Positions 35,980 through 47,900 of a stretch of 64,000 bases of DNA are shown here, one piece after another. The stretch's first letter is position 1, and every line of letters begins with the position of its first letter. The notes beneath the pieces are model-generated. The model saw only the letters and a list, made by a program, of their open reading frames with translations, made no database searches and was not told where the DNA came from. The DNA comes from Eledone cirrhosa (taxonomy: Eukaryota), in contig OZ024740.1 in the NCBI GenBank assembly GCA_964016885.1, positions 363,134,001 to 363,198,000 on the forward strand. Reading direction: 5' to 3'. The position numbers were made by a program, and so were the translations under genes.

Positions 35980-38900
35980 GTGAACAGAAGTGATCGAGTG
36001 AGGAGTTGGGTGGAATGGTTGGTGAATAGAAGTGATCGAGTGAGGAGTTGGGTGGAATGGTTGGTGAACAGAAGTGATCGAGTGAGGAGTTGGGTGGAAT
36101 GGTTGGTGAACTGAAGTGATCGAGTGAGATGTTGGGTGGAATGGTTGGTGAACAGAAGTGATCGAGTGAGGAGTTGGGTGGAATGGTTGGTGAATAGAAG
36201 TGATCGAGTGTGGAGTTGGGTGGAATGGTTGGTGAACTGAAGTGATCGAATGAGATGTTGGGTGGAATGGTTGGTGAACAGAAGTGATCGAGTGAGGAGT
36301 TGGGTGGAATGGTTGGTGAACAGAAGTGATCGTGTGAGGAGTTGGGTGGAATGGTTGGTGAATAGAAGTGATCGAGTGAGGAGTTGGGTGGAATAGTTGG
36401 TGAACTGAAGTGATCGAGTGAGATGTTGGGTGGAATGGTTGGTGAACAGAAGTGATCGAGTGAGGAGTTGGGTGGAATGGTTGGTGAATAGAAGTGATCG
36501 AGTGAGGAGTTGGGTGGAATGGTTGGTGAACAGAAGTGATCGTGTGAGGAGTTGGGTGGAACGGTTGGTGAACAGAAGTGATCGAGTGAGATGTTGGGTG
36601 GAATGGTTGGTGAACAGAAATGATCGTGTGAGGAGTTGGGTGGAATGGTTGGTGAATAGAAGTGATCGAGTGAGGAGTTGGGTGGAAAGGTTGGTGAACA
36701 GAAGTGATCGTGTGAGGAGTTGGGTGGAATGGTTGGTGAATAGAAGTGATCGTGTGAGGAGTTGGGTGGCATGGTTGGTGTACAGAAGTGATCGTGTGAG
36801 GAGTTGGGTGGAATGGTTGGTGAACAGAAGTGATCGAGTGAGATGTTGGGTGGAATGGTTGGTGAACAGAAGTGATCGTGTGAGGAGTTGGGTGGAATGG
36901 TTGGTGAATAGAAGTGATCGAGTGAGGAGATGGGTGGAATGGTTGGTGAACAGAAGTGATCGTGTGAGGAGTTGGGTGGAATGGTTGGTGAATAGACGTG
37001 ATCGTGTGAGGAGTTGGGTGGAATGGTTGGTGAACAGAAGTGATCGTGTGAGGAGTTGGGTGGAATGGTTGGTGAACAGAAGTGATCGTGTGAGGAGTTG
37101 GGTGGAATGGTTGGTGAATAGAAGTGATCGAGTGAGGAGTTGGGTGGAATGGTTGGTGAACAGAAGTGATCGTGCGAGGAGTTGGGTGGAATGGTTGGTG
37201 AATAGAAGTGATCGAGTGAGGAGTTGGGTGGAATGGTTGGTGAACAGAAGTGATCGAGTGAGATGTTGGGTGGAATGGTTGGTGAACAGAAGTGATCGAG
37301 TGAGGAGTTGGGTGGAATGGTTGGTGAATAGAAGTGATCGAGTGAGGAGTTGGGTGGAATGGTTGGTGAATAGAAGTGATCGAGTGAGGAGTTGGGTGGA
37401 ATGGTTGGTGAACAGAAGTGATCGTGTGAGGAGTTGGGTGGAATGGTTGGTGAATAGAAGTGATCGAGTGAGGAGTTGGGTGGAATGGTTGGTGAACAGA
37501 AGTGATCGTGTGAGGAGTTGGGTGTAATGGTTGGTGAATAGAAGTGATCGAGTGAGGAGTTGGGTGGAATGGTTGGTGAACAGAAGTGATCGAGTGAGAT
37601 GTTGGGTGGAATGGTTGGTGAACAGAAGTGATCGAGTGAGGATTTGGGTGGAATGGTTGGTGAATAGAAGTGATCGAGTGAGGAGTTGGGTGGAATGGTT
37701 GGTGAACAGAAGTGATCGAGTGTGGAGTTGGGTGGAATGGTTGGTGAACAGAAGTGATCGAGTGAGGAGTTGGGTGGAATGGTTGGTGAACTGAAGTGAT
37801 CGAGTGAGATGTTGGGTGGAATGGTTGGTGAACAGAAGTGATCGAGTGAGGAGTTGGGTGGAATGGTTGGTGAATAGAAGTGATCGAGTGTGGAGTTGGG
37901 TGGAATAGTTGGTGAACTGAAGTGATCGAATGAGATGTTGGGTGGAATGTTTGGTGAACAGAAGTGATCGAGTGAGGAGTTGGGTGGAATGGTTGGTGAA
38001 CAGAAGTGATCGTGTGAGGAGTTGGGTGGAATGGTTGGTGAATAGAAGTGATCGAGTGAGGAGTTGGGTGGAATAGTTGGTGAACTGAAGTGATCGAGTA
38101 TGGAGTTGGGTGGAATGGTTGGTGAACAGAAGTGATCGAGTGAGGAGTTGGGTGGAATGGTTGGTGAATAGAAGTGATCGAGTGAGGAGTTGGGTGGAAT
38201 GGTTGGTGAACAGAAGTGATCGAGTGAGGAGTTGGGTGGAATGGTTGGTGAACAGAAGTGATCGAGTGAGGAGTTGGGTGGAATGGTTGGTGAACAGAAG
38301 TGATCGAGTGAGGAGTTGGGTGGAATTGTTGGTGAATAGAAGTGATCGAGTGAGGAGTTGGGTGGAATGGTTGGTGAACAGAAGTGATCGAGTGAGGAGT
38401 TGGGTGGAATGGTTGGTGAACAGAAGTGATCGAGTGTGGAGTTGGGTGGAATGGTTGGTGAACAGAAGTGATCGAGTATTGAGTTGGGTGGAATTGTTGG
38501 TGAATAGAAGTGATCGAGTGAGGAGTTGGGTGGAATAGTTGGTGAACTGAAGTGATCGAGTGAGATGTTGGGTGGAATGGTTGGTGAACAGAAGTGATCG
38601 AGTGAGGAGTTGGGTGGAATGGTTGGTGAATAGAAGTGATCGAGTGAGAAGTTGGGTGGAATGGTTGGTGAACAGAAGTGATCGAGTGAGATGTTGGGTG
38701 GAATGGTTGGTGAACAGAAGTGATCGTGTGAGGAGTTGGGTGGAATGGTTGGTGAATAGAAGTGATCGAGTGAGGAGTTGGGTGGAATGGTTGGTGAACA
38801 GAAGTGATCGTGTGAGGAGTTGGGTGGAATGGTTGGTGAATAGAAGTGATCGTGTGAGGAGTTGGGTGGAATGGTTGGTGAACAGAAGTGATCGTGTGAG

Positions 38901-41900
38901 GAGTTGGGTGGAATGGTTGGTGAACAGAAGTGATCGAGTGAGATGTTGGGTGGAATGGTTGGTGAACAGAAGTGATCGTGTGAGGAGTTGGGTGGAATGG
39001 TTGGTGTGATAGAAGTGATCGAGTGAGCAGATGGGTGGAATGGTTGGTGAACAGAAGTGATCGTGTGAGGAGTTGGGTGGAATGGTTGGTGAATAGACGT
39101 GATCGTGTGAGGAGTTGGGTGGAATGGTTGGTGAACAGAAGTGATCGTGTGAGGAGTTGGGTGGAATGGTTGGTGAACAGAAGTGATCGTGTGAGGAGTT
39201 GGGTGGAATGGTTGGTGAATAGAAGTGATCGAGTGAGGAGTTGGGTGGAATGGTTGGTGAACAGAAGTGATCGTGTGAGGAGTTGGGTGGAATGGTTGGT
39301 GAATAGAAGTGATCGAGTGAGGAGTTGGGTGGAATGGTTGGTGAACAGAAGTGATCGAGTATTCAGTTGGGTGGAATGGTTGGTGAACAGAAGTGATCGA
39401 GTGTGGAGTTGGATGGAATGGTTGGTGAATAGAAGTGATCGAGTGTGGAGTTGTGTGGAATGGTTGGTGAATAGAAGTGATCGAGTGTGGAGTTGGGTGG
39501 AATGGTTGGTGAACAGAAGTGATCTTGTGAGGAGTTGGGTGGAATGGTTGGTGAACAGAAGTGATCGAGTGTGGAGTTGGGTGGAATGGTTGGTGAACAG
39601 AAGTGATCGAGTATTGAGTTGGGTGGAATTGTTGGTGAACAGAAGTGATCTTGTGAGGAGTTTGGTGGAATGGTTGGTGAACAGAAGTGATCGAGTGTGG
39701 AGTTGGGTGGAATGGTTGGTGAACAGAAGTGATCGAGTGTGGAGTTGGGTGGAATGGTTGGTGAATAGAAGGGATCGAGTGTGGAGTTGGGTGGAATGGT
39801 TGGTGAACAGAAGTGATCGAGTGTGGAGTTGGGTGGAATGGTTGGTGAATAGAAGTGATCGAGTGTGGAGTTGGGTGGAATGGTTGGTAAACAGAAGTGA
39901 TCGAGTGCGGAGTTGGGTGGAATGGTTGGTGAACTGAAGTGATCTTGTGAGGAGTTGGGTGGAATGGTTGGTGAACAGAAGTGATCGAGTATGGAGTTGG
40001 GTGGAATGGTTGGTGAACAGAAGTGATCGAGTGTGGAGTTGGGTGGAATGGTTGGTGAACAGAAGTGATCGAGTGTGGAGTTGGGTGGAATGGTTGGTGA
40101 ACAGAAGTGATCGAGTGTGGAGTTGGGTGGAATGGTTGGTGAATAGAAGTGATCGAGAGAGGAGTTGGGTGGAATGGTTGGTGAACAGAAGTGATCGAGT
40201 GAGGAGTTGGGTGGAATGGTTGGTGATCGACTGAGGAGTTGGGTGGAATGGTTGGTGAACAGAAGTGATCGTGTGAGGAGTTGGGTGGAATGGTTGGTGA
40301 ACAGAAGTGATCGAGTGTGGAGTTGGGTGGAATGGTTGGTGAACAGAAGTGATCGAGTGTGGAGTTGGGTGGAATGGTTGGTGATCGAGTGAGGAGTTGG
40401 GTGGAATGGTTGGTGAACAGAAGTGATCTTGTGAGGAGTTGGGTGGAATGGTTGGTGAACAGAAGTGATCGAGTGTGGAGTTGGGTGGAATGGTTGGTGA
40501 ATAGAAGTGATCGAGTGAGGAGTTGGGTGGAATGGTTGGTGAACAGAAGTGATCGTCTGAGGAGTTGGGTGGAATGGTTGGTGAACAGAAGTGATCGAGT
40601 GAGGAGTTGGGTGGAATGGTTGGTGAACAGAAGTGATCTTGTGAGGAGTTGGGTGGAATGGTTGGTGAACAGAAGTGATCGAGTGAGGAGTTGGGTGGAA
40701 TGGTTGGTGATCGAGTGAGGAGTTGGGTGGAATGGTTGGTGAACAGAAGTGATCTTGTGAGGAGTTGGGTGGAATGGTTGGTGAACAGAAGTGATCGTGT
40801 GAGGAGTTGGGTGGAATGGTTGGTGAACAGAAGTGATCGTGTGAGGAGTTGGGTGGAATGGTTGGTGAATAGAAGTGATCGAGTGAGGAGTTGGGTGGAA
40901 TGGTTGGTGAATAGAAGTGATCGAGTGTGGAGTTGGGTGGAATTTATGGTGAACAGAAGTGATCGTGTGAGGAGTTGGGTGGAATGGTTGGTGAACAGAA
41001 GTGATCGAGTGAGGAGTTGGGTGGAATGGTTGGTGAACAGAAGTGATCGAGTGAGGAGTTGGGTGGAATGGTTGGTGAATAGAAGTGATCGAGTGTGGAG
41101 TTGGGTGGAATGGTTGGTGAACAGAAGTGATCCAGTGAGGAGTTGGGTGGAATGGTTGGTGAATAGAAGTGATCGAGTGAGGAGTTGGGTGGAATGGTTG
41201 GTGAGCAGAAGTGATCGAGTGTGGAGTTGGGTGGAATGGTTGGTTAACAGAAGTGATCGAGTGAGGAGTTGGGTGGAATGGTTGGTGAATAGAAGTGATC
41301 GAATGAGGAGTTGGGTGGAATGGTTGGTGAACAGAAGTGATCGAGTGTGGAGTTGGGTGGAATGGTTGGTGAACAGAAGTGATCGAGTGTGGAGTTGGGT
41401 GGAATGGTTGGTGAACAGAAGTGATCGAGTGAGGACTTGGGTGGAATGGTTGGTGAACAGAAGTGATCGAGTGAGGAGTTGGGTGGAATGGTTGGTGAAC
41501 AGAAGTGATCGAGTGAGGAGTTGGGTGGAATGGTTGGTGAATAGAAGTGATCGAGTGAGGAGTTGGGTGGAATGGTTGGTGAACAGAAGTGATCGAGTGA
41601 GGAGTTGGGTGGAATGGTTGGTGAACAGAAGTGATCGAGTGAGGAGTTGGGTGGAATGGTTGGTGAACAGAAGTGATCGAGTGAGGAGTTGGGTGGAATG
41701 GTTGGTGAACAGAAGTGATCGAGTGAGGAGTTGGGTGGAATGGTTGGTGAATAGAAGTGATCGAGTGAGGAGTTGGGTGGAATGGTTGGTGAACAGAAGT
41801 GATCGAGTGAGGAGTTGGGTGGAATGGTTGGTGAAAAGAAGTGATCGAGTGAGGAGTTGGGTGGAATGGTTGGTGAACAGAAGTGATCGAGTATGGAGTT

Positions 41901-44900
41901 GGGTGGAATGGTTGGTGAATAGAAGTGATCGAGTGAGGAGTTGGGTGGAATGGTTGGTGAATAGAAGTGATCGAGTGAGGAGTTGGGTGGAATGGTTGGT
42001 GAACAGAAGTGATCGAGTATGGAGTTGGGTGGAATGGTTGGTGAACAGAAGTGATCGAGTGAGGAGTTGGGTGGAATGGTTGGTGAATAGAAGTGATCGA
42101 GTGAGGAGTTGGGTGGAATGGTTGGTGAACAGAAGTGATCGAGTGAGGAGTTGGGTGGAATGGTTGGTGAACAGAAGTGATCGAGTGAGGAGTTGGGTGG
42201 AATGGTTGGTGAACAGAAGTGATCGAGTGAGGAGTTGGGTGGAATGGTTGGTGAATAGAAGTGATCGAGTGAGGAGTTGGGTGGAATGGTTGGTGAACAG
42301 AAGTGATCGAGTGTGGAGTTGGGTGGAATGGTTGGTGAACAGAAGTGATCGAGTGAGGAGTTGGGTGGAATGGTTGGTGAACTGAAGTGATCGAGTGAGA
42401 TGTTGGGTGGAATGGTTGGTGAACAGAAGTGATCGAGTGAGGAGTTGGGTGGAATGGTTGGTGAATAGAAGTGATCGAGTGTGGAGTTGGGTGGAATGGT
42501 TGGTGAACTGAAGTGATCGAATGAGATGTTGGGTGGAATGGTTGGTGAACAGAAGTGATCGAGTGAGGAGTTGGGTGGAATGGTTGGTGAACAGAAGTGA
42601 TCGTGTGAGGAGTTGGGTGGAATGGTTGGTGAATAGAAGTGATCGAGTGAGGAGTTGGGTGGAATAGTTGGTGAACTGAAGTGATCGAGTGAGATGTTGG
42701 GTGGAATGGTTGGTGATCAGAAGTGATCGAGTGAGGAGTTGGGTGGAATGGTTGGTGAATAGAAGTGATCGAGTGAGGAGTTGGGTGGAATGGTTGGTGA
42801 ACAGAAGTGATCGTGTGAGGAGTTGGGTGGAATGGTTGGTGAACAGAAGTGATCGAGTGAGATGTTGGGTGGAATGGTTGGTGAACAGAAATGATCGTGT
42901 GAGGAGTTGGGTGGAATGGTTGGTGAATAGAAGTGATCGAGTGAGGAGTTGGGTGGAATGGTTGGTGAACAGAAGTGATCGTGTGAGGAGTTGGGTGGAA
43001 TGGTTGGTGAATAGAAGTGATCGTGTGAGGAGTTGGGTGGCATGGTTGGTGAACAGAAGTGATCGTGTGAGGAGTTGGGTGGAATGGTTGGTGAACAGAA
43101 GTGATCGAGTGAGATGTTGGGTGGAATGGTTGGTGAACAGAAGTGATCGTGTGAGGAGTTGGGTGGAATGGTTGGTGAATAGAAGTGATCGAGTGAGGAG
43201 ATGGGTGGAATGGTTGGTGAACAGAAGTGATCGTGTGAGGAGTTGGGTGGAATGGTTGGTGAATAGACGTGATCGTGTGAGGAGTTGGGTGGAATGGTTG
43301 GTGAACAGAAGTGATCGTGTGAGGAGTTGGGTGGAATGGTTGGTGAACAGAAGTGATCGTGTGAGGAGTTGGGTGGAATGGTTGGTGAATAGAAGTGATC
43401 GAGTGAGGAGTTGGGTGGAATGGTTGGTGAACAGAAGTGATCGTGTGAGGAGTTGGGTGGAATGGTTGGTGAATAGAAGTGATCGAGTGAGGAGTTGGGT
43501 GGAATGGTTGGTGAACAGAAGTAATCGAGTGAGATGTTGGGTGGAATGGTTGGTGAACAGAAGTGATCGAGTGAGGAGTTGGGTGGAATGGTTGGTGAAC
43601 AGAAGTGATCGAGTGAGGAGTTGGGTGGAATGGTTGGTGAATAGAAGTGATCGAGTGAGGAGTTGGGTGGAATGGTTGGTGAACAGAAGTGATCGAGTGA
43701 GGAGTTGGGTGGAATGGTTGGTGAACTGAAGTGATCGAGTGAGATGTTGGGTGGAATGGTTGGTGAACAGAAGTGATCGAGTGAGGAGTTGGGTGGAATG
43801 GTTGGTGAATAGAAGTGATCGAGTGTGGAGTTGGGTGGAATGGTTGGTGAACTGAAGTGATCGAATGAGATGTTGGGTGGAATGGTTGGTGAACAGAAGT
43901 GATCGAGTGAGGAGTTGGGTGGAATGGTTGGTGAACAGAAGTGATCGTGTGAGGAGTTGGGTGGAATGGTTGGTGAATAGAAGTGATCGAGTGAGGAGTT
44001 GGGTGGAATAGTTGGTGAACTGAAGTGATCGAGTGAGATGTTGGGTGGAATGGTTGGTGAACAGAAGTGATCGAGTGAGGAGTTGGGTGGAATGGTTGGT
44101 GAATAGAAGTGATCGAGTGAGGAGTTGGGTGGAATGGTTGGTGAACAGAAGTGATCGTGTGAGGAGTTGGGTGGAACGGTTGGTGAACAGAAGTGATCGA
44201 GTGAGATGTTGGGTGGAATGGTTGGTGAACAGAAATGATCGTGTGAGGAGTTGGGTGGAATGGTTGGTGAATAGAAGTGATCGAGTGAGGAGTTGGGTGG
44301 AAAGGTTGGTGAACAGAAGTGATCGTGTGAGGAGTTGGGTGGAATGGTTGGTGAATAGAAGTGATCGTGTGAGGAGTTGGGTGGCATGGTTGGTGTACAG
44401 AAGTGATCGTGTGAGGAGTTGGGTGGAATGGTTGGTGAACAGAAGTGATCGAGTGAGATGTTGGGTGGAATGGTTGGTGAACAGAAGTGATCGTGTGAGG
44501 AGTTGGGTGGAATGGTTGGTGAATAGAAGTGATCGAGTGAGGAGATGGGTGGAATGGTTGGTGAACAGAAGTGATCGTGTGAGGAGTTGGGTGGAATGGT
44601 TGGTGAATAGACGTGATCGTGTGAGGAGTTGGGTGGAATGGTTGGTGAACAGAAGTGATCGTGTGAGGAGTTGGGTGGAATGGTTGGTGAACAGAAGTGA
44701 TCGTGTGAGGAGTTGGGTGGAATGGTTGGTGAATAGAAGTGATCGAGTGAGGAGTTGGGTGGAATGGTTGGTGAACAGAAGTGATCGTGCGAGGAGTTGG
44801 GTGGAATGGTTGGTGAATAGAAGTGATCGAGTGAGGAGTTGGGTGGAATGGTTGGTGAACAGAAGTGATCGAGTGAGATGTTGGGTGGAATGGTTGGTGA

Positions 44901-47900
44901 ACAGAAGTGATCGAGTGAGGAGTTGGGTGGAATGGTTGGTGAATAGAAGTGATCGAGTGAGGAGTTGGGTGGAATGGTTGGTGAATAGAAGTGATCGAGT
45001 GAGGAGTTGGGTGGAATGGTTGGTGAACAGAAGTGATCGTGTGAGGAGTTGGGTGGAATGGTTGGTGAATAGAAGTGATCGAGTGAGGAGTTGGGTGGAA
45101 TGGTTGGTGAACAGAAGTGATCGTGTGAGGAGTTGGGTGTAATGGTTGGTGAATAGAAGTGATCGAGTGAGGAGTTGGGTGGAATGGTTGGTGAACAGAA
45201 GTGATCGAGTGAGATGTTGGGTGGAATGGTTGGTGAACAGAAGTGATCGAGTGAGGATTTGGGTGGAATGGTTGGTGAATAGAAGTGATCGAGTGAGGAG
45301 TTGGGTGGAATGGTTGGTGAACAGAAGTGATCGAGTGTGGAGTTGGGTGGAATGGTTGGTGAACAGAAGTGATCGAGTGAGGAGTTGGGTGGAATGGTTG
45401 GTGAACTGAAGTGATCGAGTGAGATGTTGGGTGGAATGGTTGGTGAACAGAAGTGATCGAGTGAGGAGTTGGGTGGAATGGTTGGTGAATAGAAGTGATC
45501 GAGTGTGGAGTTGGGTGGAATAGTTGGTGAACTGAAGTGATCGAATGAGATGTTGGGTGGAATGTTTGGTGAACAGAAGTGATCGAGTGAGGAGTTGGGT
45601 GGAATGGTTGGTGAACAGAAGTGATCGTGTGAGGAGTTGGGTGGAATGGTTGGTGAATAGAAGTGATCGAGTGAGGAGTTGGGTGGAATAGTTGGTGAAC
45701 TGAAGTGATCGAGTATGGAGTTGGGTGGAATGGTTGGTGAACAGAAGTGATCGAGTGAGGAGTTGGGTGGAATGGTTGGTGAATAGAAGTGATCGAGTGA
45801 GGAGTTGGGTGGAATGGTTGGTGAACAGAAGTGATCGAGTGAGGAGTTGGGTGGAATGGTTGGTGAACAGAAGTGATCGAGTGAGGAGTTGGGTGGAATG
45901 GTTGGTGAACAGAAGTGATCGAGTGAGGAGTTGGGTGGAATTGTTGGTGAATAGAAGTGATCGAGTGAGGAGTTGGGTGGAATGGTTGGTGAACAGAAGT
46001 GATCGAGTGAGGAGTTGGGTGGAATGGTTGGTGAACAGAAGTGATCGAGTGTGGAGTTGGGTGGAATGGTTGGTGAACAGAAGTGATCGAGTATTGAGTT
46101 GGGTGGAATTGTTGGTGAATAGAAGTGATCGAGTGAGGAGTTGGGTGGAATAGTTGGTGAACTGAAGTGATCGAGTGAGATGTTGGGTGGAATGGTTGGT
46201 GAACAGAAGTGATCGAGTGAGGAGTTGGGTGGAATGGTTGGTGAATAGAAGTGATCGAGTGAGGAGTTGGGTGGAATGGTTGGTGAACAGAAGTGATCGA
46301 GTGAGATGTTGGGTGGAATGGTTGGTGAACAGAAGTGATCGTGTGAGGAGTTGGGTGGAATGGTTGGTGAATAGAAGTGATCGAGTGAGGAGTTGGGTGG
46401 AATGGTTGGTGAACAGAAGTGATCGTGTGAGGAGTTGGGTGGAATGGTTGGTGAATAGAAGTGATCGTGTGAGGAGTTGGGTGGAATGGTTGGTGAACAG
46501 AAGTGATCGTGTGAGGAGTTGGGTGGAATGGTTGGTGAACAGAAGTGATCGAGTGAGATGTTGGGTGGAATGGTTGGTGAACAGAAGTGATCGTGTGAGG
46601 AGTTGGGTGGAATGGTTGGTGTGATAGAAGTGATCGAGTGAGGAGATGGGTGGAATGGTTGGTGAACAGAAGTGATCGTGTGAGGAGTTGGGTGGAATGG
46701 TTGGTGAATAGACGTGATCGTGTGAGGAGTTGGGTGGAATGGTTGGTGAACAGAAGTGATCGTGTGAGGAGTTGGGTGGAATGGTTGGTGAACAGAAGTG
46801 ATCGTGTGAGGAGTTGGGTGGAATGGTTGGTGAATAGAAGTGATCGAGTGAGGAGTTGGGTGGAATGGTTGGTGAACAGAAGTGATCGTGTGAGGAGTTG
46901 GGTGGAATGGTTGGTGAATAGAAGTGATCGAGTGAGGAGTTGGGTGGAATGGTTGGTGAACAGAAGTGATCGAGTATTCAGTTGGGTGGAATGGTTGGTG
47001 AACAGAAGTGATCGAGTGTGGAGTTGGATGGAATGGTTGGTGAATAGAAGTGATCGAGTGTGGAGTTGTGTGGAATGGTTGGTGAATAGAAGTGATCGAG
47101 TGTGGAGTTGGGTGGAATGGTTGGTGAACAGAAGTGATCTTGTGAGGAGTTGGGTGGAATGGTTGGTGAACAGAAGTGATCGAGTGTGGAGTTGGGTGGA
47201 ATGGTTGGTGAACAGAAGTGATCGAGTATTGAGTTGGGTGGAATTGTTGGTGAACAGAAGTGATCTTGTGAGGAGTTTGGTGGAATGGTTGGTGAACAGA
47301 AGTGATCGAGTGTGGAGTTGGGTGGAATGGTTGGTGAACAGAAGTGATCGAGTGTGGAGTTGGGTGGAATGGTTGGTGAATAGAAGGGATCGAGTGTGGA
47401 GTTGGGTGGAATGGTTGGTGAACAGAAGTGATCGAGTGTGGAGTTGGGTGGAATGGTTGGTGAATAGAAGTGATCGAGTGTGGAGTTGGGTGGAATGGTT
47501 GGTAAACAGAAGTGATCGAGTGCGGAGTTGGGTGGAATGGTTGGTGAACTGAAGTGATCTTGTGAGGAGTTGGGTGGAATGGTTGGTGAACAGAAGTGAT
47601 CGAGTATGGAGTTGGGTGGAATGGTTGGTGAACAGAAGTGATCGAGTGTGGAGTTGGGTGGAATGGTTGGTGAACAGAAGTGATCGAGTGTGGAGTTGGG
47701 TGGAATGGTTGGTGAACAGAAGTGATCGAGTGTGGAGTTGGGTGGAATGGTTGGTGAATAGAAGTGATCGAGAGAGGAGTTGGGTGGAATGGTTGGTGAA
47801 CAGAAGTGATCGAGTGAGGAGTTGGGTGGAATGGTTGGTGATCGACTGAGGAGTTGGGTGGAATGGTTGGTGAACAGAAGTGATCGTGTGAGGAGTTGGG

